Both the position numbers and the translations under genes were made by a program. The notes beneath the pieces were generated by a model. It searched no databases and had not been told where the DNA came from. It saw only the letters and a list, made by a program, of their open reading frames with translations. From an uncultured Acidobacteriota bacterium (lineage in GTDB: Bacteria; Acidobacteriota; Terriglobia; Acidiferrales; UBA7541), in assembly GCA_963715555.1 (NCBI GenBank), contig OY970253.1, positions 2,375,426 through 2,439,425 on the forward strand: a stretch of 64,000 bases of DNA. The letters are read 5' to 3'. The first letter of the stretch is position 1. Every line of letters begins with the position of its first letter. Positions 40,534 through 49,013 of the stretch are shown piece by piece.

Positions 40534-40878
40534 ATGGATTTCGACGGGAATCAGCAGCAGAACAGCTACGCGGTGGAGGTGTCCGGCTGGGACGTGTCCG
40601 AGATATTTTTCGTGGAAAAAACGAATCTGACTTGGGCGGCGGACGGAATGAAGGAAGTCAGCCTGCGACACCCGGTGCGCGAAGGAAGCGTGATTTTCGT
40701 GCGCCTGATGCAGCCCGTGGAGAGCGCGGACAATTACCCGATCGCGTGCCAGGCGATGAAAGTATTGGAACAAGCCGCGGACGGGCGTTCGGCGATTCAA
40801 CTGACGCAGCTGCGGCCGCGCGCGTTTTTCAAGGATACGGCGCGCGAACTGAACTACTCGGCAATTAAAGTAGCTTGA
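40534..40878 (+). CDS. PilZ-like protein, degenerate (lacks c-di-GMP binding motifs)
   Basis: AVEVSGWDVSEIFFVEKTNL is paralogous to PVEVSGYDVRGRFFTEQTTTL of the 42775 PilZ protein, but there is no RxxxR or DxSxxG motif. ATG at 40534 is preceded by GGAGG. Confidence 0.55.
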   Translation: MDFDGNQQQNSYAVEVSGWDVSEIFFVEKTNLTWAADGMKEVSLRHPVREGSVIFVRLMQPVESADNYPIACQAMKVLEQAADGRSAIQLTQLRPRAFFKDTARELNYSAIKVA

Positions 40879-41164
40879 GCGTCGGAGGGGCGCGCCGCCT
40901 CACTGCATCAGACAGGATATCGGCTGTTCAGTTTCGGTTTGGCACCAGCGTTCCGCTTCGGGACTCAAGAGCGTAACGAACAGATCCACTTCCCTACTAC
41001 GTGAATTTCTGCGCCGCTTCAGTTGCGCAGCGTTCTCACGACTAAACTCCACAATGTAAAAACCTTACGCGTGTTTTTTGCGCGGATTAGCATGCTTGCG
41101 GATGGGCAGTGCGGTTACGGTACGAGCGCATCGCTCTGGCATTGATCGTGCCTTTGTGCGGCAC

Positions 41165-42589
41165 ATGGAAACTCTCATGGAACACGCGGCAATCGGCACC
41201 GCCCGAAAAAACTTGTCCGTGTGCGTCCTGGATGACGACCCGAACCAAGTAGAACTGGTGACCGCCCGGCTGGAGAAGGCCGGCTTTCCGGCGATCGGAA
41301 CGACGAGCCCGGAAGAAGCACTACAGAATGTGAGGCTGGGCGCGTGCCGGGCTGTGCTGGCCGACTTGAAGATGCCGGAGATGGACGGGATGGAGTTCCT
41401 GGAAAAGGCGCTGCAGCACGATCCCGGGATGTACGTGATCCTCATTACCGGTTTCTATGCCGTCGAATCGGCGATCGAGGCGATCAAAAAAGGCGCGCAT
41501 GATTATCTGAGCAAGCCGCTCGATTTCCGGCGGCTGGAAAAGACGCTGGGCGAGATTGCGGAGCTGCTCTCGCGGCGCTCGGAAATTCGCGAGCTCGAGC
41601 ACAAGCTGTTTGAGAACCACCAGTTCCAGGGGATTGTCGGCAAAAGCCCGGCGATGCTGGACATGCTGGACCTGGTGAAGAAAGTCTCGCGGCATTACTC
41701 GAACGTGCTGATCACCGGGCCGACGGGCGCAGGAAAGGAGTTGATCGCGCGGGCGCTGCACCAACTTAGCCCCGTGGCGAAGGAGCGGTTCGCGGTCTGC
41801 AATTGCTCCGCTTTGGTGGATACGCTCTTGGAAAGCCAGCTTTTCGGGCACGTGCGTGGCGCGTTCACGGGAGCCACGGACACGCGGCCGGGATTATTCG
41901 AGTTCGCCAACGGCGGCACAGTGTTTCTGGACGAAATTGGCGAGACCTCGCTGGGCATGCAGGCCAAGCTGCTGCGGGTAATCGAGAATCGCGAAATCCA
42001 GAGGGTGGGCTCGCCGGAGGTACGCAGCGTGAACGTGCGCATGATCGCCGCCACCAACCGCGATCTGCGCGCGGAGGTGTTGGCCGGGCGATTCCGCGAG
42101 GATCTTTTCTACCGGCTGAGCACCATCGAAATCCGAGTTCCCGGATTAGCGGAGCGGCGCGAGGACGTTCCTCTGCTGGTGCAGCATTTCTTGAAAAAAT
42201 ACAGCGATGCATACGGAAAGCCGTTTCAAGGGCTCACGCGACGGGCGCAGATTGCCATGCTACAGCACGATTGGCCGGGCAACGTACGCGAGCTGGCAAA
42301 CGCGATCTCCAGCGCGGCCATTACCGCCAGCACGGATTTTATCGACGTGACCGATTTGCCGGAGAGCCTACAGAAGTCCGGACGCCGGGGCGGTGCGCCG
42401 TTAACGGGCGAGCTCTGGCGGCCGCTGCCGCTGGACGAAGTCCGGCGCATCCACATCCAGCGAGTTCTGGAAATGTGCAAAGGAAACCGCGTGCGGGCCG
42501 CGCAGATGCTTGGCATCGGACGCACCAGCCTGTATCGCTTTCTCAAACGGACCAACAAGCAGGCTGCGGCTGCGCGCAGCGGGTCTTAG
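41165..42589 (+). CDS. Sigma-54-dependent response regulator (NtrC family enhancer-binding protein)
   Basis: A receiver domain (VLDDDP...LADLKMPEMDG) is followed by an AAA+ domain with Walker A GPTGAGKE and the sigma54-contact loop GAFTGA. The C-terminus carries a Fis-type HTH (AAQMLGIGRTSLYRFLKR). Confidence 0.9.
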   Translation: METLMEHAAIGTARKNLSVCVLDDDPNQVELVTARLEKAGFPAIGTTSPEEALQNVRLGACRAVLADLKMPEMDGMEFLEKALQHDPGMYVILITGFYAVESAIEAIKKGAHDYLSKPLDFRRLEKTLGEIAELLSRRSEIRELEHKLFENHQFQGIVGKSPAMLDMLDLVKKVSRHYSNVLITGPTGAGKELIARALHQLSPVAKERFAVCNCSALVDTLLESQLFGHVRGAFTGATDTRPGLFEFANGGTVFLDEIGETSLGMQAKLLRVIENREIQRVGSPEVRSVNVRMIAATNRDLRAEVLAGRFREDLFYRLSTIEIRVPGLAERREDVPLLVQHFLKKYSDAYGKPFQGLTRRAQIAMLQHDWPGNVRELANAISSAAITASTDFIDVTDLPESLQKSGRRGGAPLTGELWRPLPLDEVRRIHIQRVLEMCKGNRVRAAQMLGIGRTSLYRFLKRTNKQAAAARSGS

Positions 42590-42603
42590 ACCGAGAAAAA
42601 GCT

Positions 42604-42622
42604 GCCGCCCGCGAAGGGCGGC
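42604..42622. terminator. GC hairpin after the sigma54 activator gene (possible terminator)
   Basis: GCCGCCC-GCGAA-GGGCGGC, 15 nt after the stop codon. An A-run precedes it but no T-run follows on the plus strand. Confidence 0.35.
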
Positions 42623-42774
42623 GCCACGTCAAGACCCGGGTTTAGCGTTTCAATTCCGCACAACGTTTCATCGCGCAGCACCCGCCCCGACCGCGCGCGC
42701 GGACATCCCGAATCCGCTGAATAACTTGGAGAAATTTCAAATGGCGACTGGAGTGCGGTTCTTCTGGGGTATCG

Positions 42775-43206
42775 ATGCACTCCACCAATTCACAAAATCC
42801 TGAGATTCGTTCCGCCAAGGCCGCAGAGCGCCGGCGCGAACCCCGCGAGGCGCGCAGCGTTCCCGTGGAAGTCTCCGGATACGACGTGCGCGGCCGCTTT
42901 TTCACGGAACAGACGACGACACTCGACGTAAGCGAATCCGGCTGCCGCTTTCAGCTGAATGCCGAACTGGAGAAGAACAGCGCGGTATCGGTGCGCGTAA
43001 TTCGCCGGAGCCACGGCTTTGCGCTTCCCGATCCGCCGGTGCTCTTCCGCGTCGCTTGGATTAAACAGACGCACCCCGGCTGGATGGTCGCCGGGGCGAA
43101 ATTGCAGCCCGTTCACCTTTGGACCGTCGGCTTCCCCGCAGACACGGGAGACAACTCAGCCGACGATCCGTCCGACACATCTCCTGACGAACCACCCGCT
43201 GCTTAA
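42775..43206 (+). CDS. PilZ domain protein (canonical c-di-GMP receptor motifs)
   Basis: RREPR (RxxxR) is followed 26 aa later by DVSESG (DxSxxG). 143 aa with an acidic, Pro-rich tail. Confidence 0.75.
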   Translation: MHSTNSQNPEIRSAKAAERRREPREARSVPVEVSGYDVRGRFFTEQTTTLDVSESGCRFQLNAELEKNSAVSVRVIRRSHGFALPDPPVLFRVAWIKQTHPGWMVAGAKLQPVHLWTVGFPADTGDNSADDPSDTSPDEPPAA

Positions 43207-43231
43207 ATTCCTCAGCCGTCCGCCCTCACGG

Positions 43232-43261
43232 GCGCGTGGCTCGTCCGAGCGAGCCGCGCGC
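43232..43261. terminator. Hairpin between convergent genes (possible bidirectional terminator)
   Basis: GCGCGTGGCTCG-TCCGAG-CGAGCCGCGCGC is a 12-bp stem with one G-T pair. It lies between the stops at 43206 (+) and 43340 (-). Confidence 0.4.
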
Positions 43262-43339
43262 CACCCTCCTCCGATGGCCACCACGGCCGAGCGCCGAGCG
43301 CCGCGCCGCGCCGCGCGAGCAACGGGCCGGTGACGTCCT

Positions 43340-44026
43340 CTATTGGCCAGTCGCATAGGAGGTATTCCTCAGCAGCATTTCCGGGAGAGAGAGGGTTGAG
43401 TCCATGCGCACGATCATGCCGGTCTTGGCAGGGAGCTCGACGTCTTTGCCTTTGCGCGCTGCGATATATGCACCGCTGCCCGCTAGACCGAGTATGGTGC
43501 CGCGCATGACGCGGCTGAAAACGAGCCCGAGCGTGGCGCCACCGGCCGTTCCCATGGCGGCGTCCATCACATCACCCTTGATACTCTGATGTTCCTGGAC
43601 CACTTCGCCCTCGATGGTGGTCAAGTCTTTGCGGCGGCTGACGTCGGACCCGCTGCTGTAGATGGTGATGATGCTCATGCGCGCCGGGAAAATGCGGCTA
43701 TCGACTTCGACCGAGTCGAAGACGAGGTTCATGGCCGCGCCGCCTCGGAAAGCGGAAAACCAGCGGGGATGCTGCACGCTGGTAACCCGTCCGTGAACGA
43801 TGGCACCGGCGGGCAAAACCAGATTGGAGCCGGAAAAAACGGGCTCGGTGACTACCGCGGTGAACGGATCGCCCATCCGCGCCACGCGGCTGCTCAATCC
43901 GTTGACCAGGCTCAGGCGGACTTCCGTTCCGGGGATTACCTGGCGCGCCTGCGCCTGCGCATACACGGCCGGCACTGCCACCAAGGCACACGCCAGAACG
44001 GCGAAAACAGCCATCAATCGCTTCAT
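43340..44026 (-). CDS. Hypothetical secreted protein
   Basis: ATG at 44026 is preceded by GGAGGA. It has a signal peptide (MKRLMAVFAVLACALVAVPAVYA), a beta-rich body and a Gly-rich C-terminal segment. No family recognised. Confidence 0.6.
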   Translation of the reverse strand: MKRLMAVFAVLACALVAVPAVYAQAQARQVIPGTEVRLSLVNGLSSRVARMGDPFTAVVTEPVFSGSNLVLPAGAIVHGRVTSVQHPRWFSAFRGGAAMNLVFDSVEVDSRIFPARMSIITIYSSGSDVSRRKDLTTIEGEVVQEHQSIKGDVMDAAMGTAGGATLGLVFSRVMRGTILGLAGSGAYIAARKGKDVELPAKTGMIVRMDSTLSLPEMLLRNTSYATGQ

Positions 44027-44386
44027 TCGATCCTCCTCGATCAGCGGGCGGACGCCGCTAGGCGTCCGCAAAGGCACCCAGGCGAAGGCATTTCCCGTTC
44101 GCAATGGATGAAAGTTCGAAGCGGCGTCCTGGGACTTGCGTGGACGGCACTTCGCGTTACCCCTCGTTTCGTGAGGGGTGCCGCTGGCGCAGCGGAACAG
44201 GTGCGGAGGACGCACCCGAAACCAAAGTACACTAAATTGCGGGAAATTGTGCGGGAATTTGATGTTACCGGTGCGCAAAAGCAATCCGCGGCTGCGCGTT
44301 TCGGGAGGGGCGGTGTTGGTTTTTGGCCGAGAAGGCGTACGGACGGACGGCATGCTTTAGGCAGCCGGAGACGGCTCGTAAAAATC

Positions 44387-44415
44387 TTGACACTCTAATT
44401 CGTTAGGCATAGCCT
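44387..44415 (+). promoter_or_regulatory. Sigma70-like promoter candidate (TTGACA-N17-TAGCCT)
   Basis: Perfect -35 hexamer at 44387-44392. A TAnnnT -10 hexamer lies at 44410-44415 with 17-nt spacing, upstream of a small ORF with a strong SD. Confidence 0.4.
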
Positions 44416-44464
44416 CCGGGGAGTGTTTCAGGACTTCCCTCGTCAGGGTCAATGGGAGGATCCC

Positions 44465-44623
44465 GTGCGTACCCAGCGCCCGCAAGTAACCGCCGAACGG
44501 CCCATGTCCTCACAGGAATTTGAACGCTTGCTTCAGCGTGCCGCGAGGTTTCAGGAGCTGCGCGGACCGCAAAGCGCGCCTAAGGTTTTGCACGTGCCGA
44601 AGAGACCGTCTTCGGCCGCCTAG
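44465..44623 (+). CDS. Small hypothetical protein (52 aa)
   Basis: A GTG start is preceded by GGGAGGA at 5-nt spacing, and the promoter candidate lies about 50 nt upstream. The product is VRTQRPQVTAERPMSSQEFERLLQRAARFQELRG.... No homology recognised. Confidence 0.3.
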   Translation: MRTQRPQVTAERPMSSQEFERLLQRAARFQELRGPQSAPKVLHVPKRPSSAA

Positions 44624-44685
44624 CGCGCAGCAGCGATGCAGCCAGGGCGATTGTGCAAGGAAGCGCGGAGGCCATGCGAGAGGCA

Positions 44686-44760
44686 TGGCTCCGGGGCCTG
44701 GACTCGAACCAGGATAAACGGCTCCAAAGGCCGCTGTGCTACCAATTGCACTACCCCGGA
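44686..44760 (-). tRNA. tRNA-Gln (anticodon UUG)
   Basis: Hand-folded cloverleaf: acceptor TCCGGGG/CCCCGGA with U1-A72, D arm GTGC/GCAC, anticodon arm GCGGC-CTTTGGA-GCCGT, T arm CCTGG-TTCGAGT-CCAGG, discriminator G and an encoded CCA. Confidence 0.9.
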
Positions 44761-44887
44761 GTGGCGACGAAAAGTGTAGCAGACATCCCGCCGTTTTGTT
44801 CCATCCGCGAAAGAGTGCGTAAAGATGTTCCGCGCGTTGTTTGCCGCGCCTGCGCGAATTTGCTAGTCTTCTGAAGCCGCACACTGC

Positions 44888-44977
<90 letters not shown>

Positions 44978-45334
44978 TTAGATCCCCAATAAAGACGGCC
45001 TGTTCTCGCATGCCATTGATTTTTGTTCCGATTGTAGTCGATGGAAGGGATGGTATCTGGATGGCCGAGGTTCGCCGATTACGATCTTCGCTAGGCATAT
45101 CGCAAAGTGCTCGCACGCCGGGGACGAATCGTACATGAGTGGCTGGTGCCCCTAGCCCCGCCGCTGGACTCACGATAGTGTTCAAACTCGCGTCCCTGCC
45201 AAGGCTCGGACATGGTCACGGGGCCGAGGATGCCAAGCGCCGAATGGGAGACACGTTCAAGGCGACCGACAAAGGCGCGGTAGCCATCAGCCTTCTCAGT
45301 GGGGTGTTAGCCAGCACAAACCTTATCGTGTTGT

Positions 45335-45727
45335 TCATCCGCACGTTGGATGTTCGGCGCGGAGCCGCAAGAGCGTTGCGACCAGAACGACCAGCAAAGC
45401 GCCGCCGACCATCCATTCTGGCCTCAGCCAAACATTCCAGATGAAACCGGCTAACGATACCACGCCGATCCATGCCAGGATGGCCACGATGCCAAGTATC
45501 GCCGAGAGTTTACTTGGACGGAACCTGACGACGGTGGTTCCGAACACGAACTGCGTTTTGATGCCGAAGGTTACTGCCCACAGGAATAACAGCCCCCCGG
45601 CGATCCAAACCCTAGAAAGCCCTTCGTGCAGATATGTGTTTCCCGCAATGGTGACGCCGAGCCACACCGCAACGATAACTATAGCCGACAGCGCCAACTT
45701 CCAGCCTACGTGCAATTTTAGTGTCAT
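45335..45727 (-). CDS. Hypothetical 4-TM membrane protein (candidate immunity component)
   Basis: 130-aa ORF with four hydrophobic segments. It is the last gene of the co-directional SdpA/SdpB-type string. No family recognised. Confidence 0.5.
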   Translation of the reverse strand: MTLKLHVGWKLALSAIVIVAVWLGVTIAGNTYLHEGLSRVWIAGGLLFLWAVTFGIKTQFVFGTTVVRFRPSKLSAILGIVAILAWIGVVSLAGFIWNVWLRPEWMVGGALLVVLVATLLRLRAEHPTCG

Positions 45728-45782
45728 ATTTCGTCTCCTTTCATGGATTGAATCCGAATAGGATGCCCACGCCGCGCTCTTT

Positions 45783-46514
45783 TCATGGTCTCGGAATGCG
45801 CGTCAAAAATCCGCTAAGAATGGCCAACGACAGGGTGCAGACAATCAGGCCAAAGACGGTAACTACGGCTTGGGATTTTTTCAGGCGCGCGACCGTGGCG
45901 ACGCCGACGACCAACAGCATCCAGTACCAAAGGGAAAAGAGACTGCAAGCATTGGCGAGCGAGAGCCAAACCGGGTGCCCACTAAGATCGACGAAAGAGC
46001 CGACACTCAAAAACGTACTCCGAAGCTCCAGCGCGGTCCCGATCTGTCGCCAATTTGGCGCAAAATAGTTCACCGCGAATCCACCAACATGATCGACGCC
46101 GATGATAATCCATGCGTAGGAAACGACGGCAAATAGCTTCTTGAAACTCACGTCGTGTGCGCTAAGTACGGTGGCAAGTATCCACAAAATTCCGTTCGAG
46201 ACGAGCAATCCCACGGCGACGCCAATGGGAGCGCCCACGAAGCTCGCATATTCTGCGATCCGCAGCGCGTGGTCTAGCGCCGCCGTCTGCGCGATGTGGT
46301 GTTCTTGGAGCAGGTTTGCGCTCACGCTCCTATTGAGTGGCATCGCAACGACGAAGGTTGTCAGCGCTAACGAGATCGCAATAACAAATCCCGTAATCCA
46401 GCAACTCGGGCGATTGTTAACCGCCGTAAAAAACTGTCCGGGCGAAAAGATGAGATCAAATATCGATGGTCGCGCTCCCGCCTCTACCGCCAGTTTCGGA
46501 TTCAGGCAGTCCAC
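45783..46514 (-). CDS. Yip1-like polytopic membrane protein (tentative)
   Basis: The N-terminal soluble segment (IFDLIFSPGQFFTAV) is followed by about 5 TM segments, resembling bacterial Yip1/DUF1282-type proteins. The start is uncertain because it overlaps the end of the upstream pseudogene by 59 nt. Confidence 0.45.
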   Translation of the reverse strand: MDCLNPKLAVEAGARPSIFDLIFSPGQFFTAVNNRPSCWITGFVIAISLALTTFVVAMPLNRSVSANLLQEHHIAQTAALDHALRIAEYASFVGAPIGVAVGLLVSNGILWILATVLSAHDVSFKKLFAVVSYAWIIIGVDHVGGFAVNYFAPNWRQIGTALELRSTFLSVGSFVDLSGHPVWLSLANACSLFSLWYWMLLVVGVATVARLKKSQAVVTVFGLIVCTLSLAILSGFLTRIPRP

Positions 46515-46941
46515 CGTAAACTCCTTTACCGAAGAATTGCAGCCGCAGCCGTGCCCTGGCCCCGCCGGACATCAACCCCAAGCGTCTATAGAAGGCCAGG
46601 TATTCCCGGTCGTTGAAAATGATGAGTTCGGTGCTAATCATAACAGCGGAGAACCAAGCCAAGCCCATGAAATAGCCGATCATCGAATGAAGGCAGACGG
46701 CACCCAAGAAAACCGGCACCTTCGTCCGGTGATTCCAAATCAGCCACGGCCACGAGACCTGGAAGATGACCGTGGACCATGTGAGGAGGGTTACGATCAC
46801 GTCGGAGTGATAGAAATGATACGCGAATGGCGAAAGATTGAATTCTGAAGACCTGAGTATGTAGTAGATTGCTGTAGTGCTCCCCACTAAAACTGGACAA
46901 CCTGCTTAGGTAGAATCAGGGCCTCCAAACGAGGAGGCAAG

Positions 46942-47229
46942 ATGGGCAGGAAACCACGCGTAGAGCGATCCCCGGAAGAGAAGTGGCAGATCGTGCAGGA
47001 AGGCATCAAGAGCGGGAACGTGTCGGAGACGTGCCGACGGTACGGCATCGCTCCGAATCTGTTCTATCGCTGGAAGGATGAAGCGGAACAGGGAGCCAAG
47101 GCAGCGCTTGGGGGGAGAAGCGCTGCCGCGGCCGAAAGCGAGAAGGACCGCCGCATCCGGCAACTGGAACGCACGCTGGGGCGGAAGTCGCTGGAGATCG
47201 AAATCCTAAAAAACGTCGTGGGGGAGTGA
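46942..47229 (+). CDS. IS3-family transposase OrfA (HTH)
   Basis: MGRKPRVERSPEEKWQIVQEGIKSGNVSETCRRYGIAPNLFYRWKDEAEQG plus a leucine-zipper-like tail. 95 aa. Confidence 0.9.
   Translation: MGRKPRVERSPEEKWQIVQEGIKSGNVSETCRRYGIAPNLFYRWKDEAEQGAKAALGGRSAAAAESEKDRRIRQLERTLGRKSLEIEILKNVVGE
47208..47214 (+). promoter_or_regulatory. Programmed -1 ribosomal frameshift heptamer A AAA AAC (OrfA-OrfB fusion)
   Basis: In the orfA zero frame it reads cuA AAA AAC. orfB is in the -1 frame and overlaps the orfA end. This is the classical IS3-family arrangement. Confidence 0.7.
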
Positions 47230-48101
47230 GCTGCGGTGCCGTTCACTCCCAGGCGCGCGAACTGGTGACGCAGGGCTACACGGCCACGGTAGTGGCGGGG
47301 ACGCTGGCGATCAGTCGGTCGAGCTTGTACTACCGGAAGAAACCGCGAGGCAGCCGAGCCGACCGCACCTACGACGAACAGATCGTGATGGCCTGCGGAG
47401 AGAAGTTGGCCTACGGCTATCGCCGCGTGGCGTGGTGGTTGCAGCGGAAGAAAGGACTGCCGGTGAATCGCAAGCGCGTGCTGCGGGTGATGCGCGAACG
47501 CGGGCTGCTGGTGCGCTCGCGGCGCCTGCGTGCGCGGCGCCGGAAAGAGTGGGGGCGCGTGGAAGCCAGCCGGCCCAATGAAATCTGGCAATCGGACATG
47601 ACCAAAATCTGGGCTGGTCCAGCGGTGGGTTGGGCCTACTTGGTCTGCGTGATCGACTGCTGCACGCGAGAGATCGTGGGCTGGAATCTCTCGCACCGCT
47701 GCCGGACCGAAGACGCGCTGGCAGCGGTGGAACAAGCAGTGCTGGCACGGCTGCCCGAGGGCAGCCGCGAAGCGAGCGTGACGCTCACCACGGACAACGG
47801 CACGCAGTTTACCTCGTCGCGCTTCCTGGAAACGCTGGGGCGGCTGGGCATCACGCACCGGCGGACGGCCTATCATCACCCGGAGGGCAACAGCTACATC
47901 GAACGGTTCCATCGCAGCTTGAAGGAAGAGGAAGTCTGGACGGCCGAGTATCGCAGCCTGCAGGAAGCGCGCACCAGCATCGCTCGTTGGATCGAGGAGT
48001 ACAATCACGACCGGCCTCACCGCGGAGTCCAAAATCGCACTCCGCACGAGGCCTTCTTGGCTTTTGCAACTGACCTAAACTCGGAGCCCCTGATCGTCTA
48101 A
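47226..48101 (+). CDS. IS3-family transposase OrfB (DDE/rve integrase core)
   Basis: PNEIWQSDMTKIW...VIDCCTREIVGW...TDNGTQFTS...YHHPEGNSYIERFHRSLKEE. It is probably expressed as an OrfAB frameshift fusion. Confidence 0.9.
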   Translation: MSCGAVHSQARELVTQGYTATVVAGTLAISRSSLYYRKKPRGSRADRTYDEQIVMACGEKLAYGYRRVAWWLQRKKGLPVNRKRVLRVMRERGLLVRSRRLRARRRKEWGRVEASRPNEIWQSDMTKIWAGPAVGWAYLVCVIDCCTREIVGWNLSHRCRTEDALAAVEQAVLARLPEGSREASVTLTTDNGTQFTSSRFLETLGRLGITHRRTAYHHPEGNSYIERFHRSLKEEEVWTAEYRSLQEARTSIARWIEEYNHDRPHRGVQNRTPHEAFLAFATDLNSEPLIV

Positions 48102-49013
48102 ATTAGCGGGGAGCACTACAAAGTTGTCTCCGCCATCAAGAAGGAACGGATTGCGCTGGAAGAGCGACCAAGTAAAAACGTAGAAGAGGATCGTCGAAAT
48201 CCTGGTTCTGTATCCCAGCGTAAAGGCGATTGTCACCAAAAAGCCCAAGTAGAAGATGGCCGCTTGGTAGATCGGAGATGACAGCAGCATGTAAAGAGAG
48301 AAGTTGCGTTGGGAGCGCATGAGCGCCCAAAATAGGCCGAATGGGACGACACCGTTATTGCCCCAGAGGTATCCTCGCTGTTCGATGTGCTGCGCGTAGT
48401 AGGCGAGAATAATGCTGCCGTAGCAAATCCGTATGAGCGAAAGTCCGATCAACCTCTGCCTCACGCTAGCTACGGCCTTGAATTCCGTTAGCCGATTCTG
48501 CCATTTTTGAAGCATATTTTGCTCCGCCTAATTCCTCGGCGGCAGATAGGGCGTTACCCATTCTGCGTGCTGCCAGTCGATGCTAGAAAATGCAACCTCA
48601 GTCTTTGCGCCCTTGACGTTGCGCTGCGTGAAACGTGGAAATACGACGGTTGAAACTCCGAGCTGAATCTTGTCGAAAGCAACCTGCGGGTACACGATTT
48701 CCAGCGTGGCCAATGCAGTTCGCCTCATTACCGTCATGTCAACTGGGTCAACGTCACTGGGTAGCTCCGGTTTGAAATATCTCTTGCCGTCCTTGGTGAG
48801 CATCGCTCGCGGATCGTCCGGCAGCTTGTTAATGAAGCTCATCAGCGCGTTGGACAGCGCGATCTCGACGTGGAATAGGGGGGTGAGGCGATGCTGCCGT
48901 ACCGCGCCTATGAGCGTGTCAGATACGTCGAGCCAGTTGGTCGTAATAACGTGCCCGGACTGCGGGTCTTTGTAGCTTACCCTAGCCAGCAGGGCATAGT
49001 CCCGGTCAATCGG

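Larger units (their letters stand above)
46873..48120 (+). mobile_element. IS3-family insertion sequence, copy 1 (1248 bp, IS407-group-like)
   Basis: Termini are TGTAGTGCTCCCCACTAA and the reverse complement of TGTAGTGCTCCCCGCTAA (TG...CA ends). It has an orfA/orfB arrangement. No flanking direct repeat is present (left flank TTGC, right flank AAGT). Confidence 0.9.
46456..48515 (-). pseudogene. HTTM-domain / SdpB-family membrane protein gene, split by an IS3-family element
   Basis: The N-terminal fragment is 48515-48121 (LIRICYGSIILAYY...NPFLLDGGDNF, an HTTM-type motif). The C-terminal fragment is 46872-46456. The two fragments are in different reading phases across the IS and no target duplication is visible. 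Confidence 0.7.

Noticed and set aside
40940-40956. Sigma54 promoter candidates (TGGCAC-like hits at about 40940, 9024, 34094 and 34487) near the sigma54 activator.
   Set aside because: None has the GG-N10-GC spacing with a TTGC-like -12 element. Two of the hits lie inside family-2 repeats.
44978-45334. ORFs directly downstream of, or overlapping, tRNA-Ser (44907-45185, 45139-45444, 45216-45473) as possible integrase remnants.
   Set aside because: Their translations show no recombinase motifs, and one overlaps the tRNA gene itself. They are treated as non-coding.
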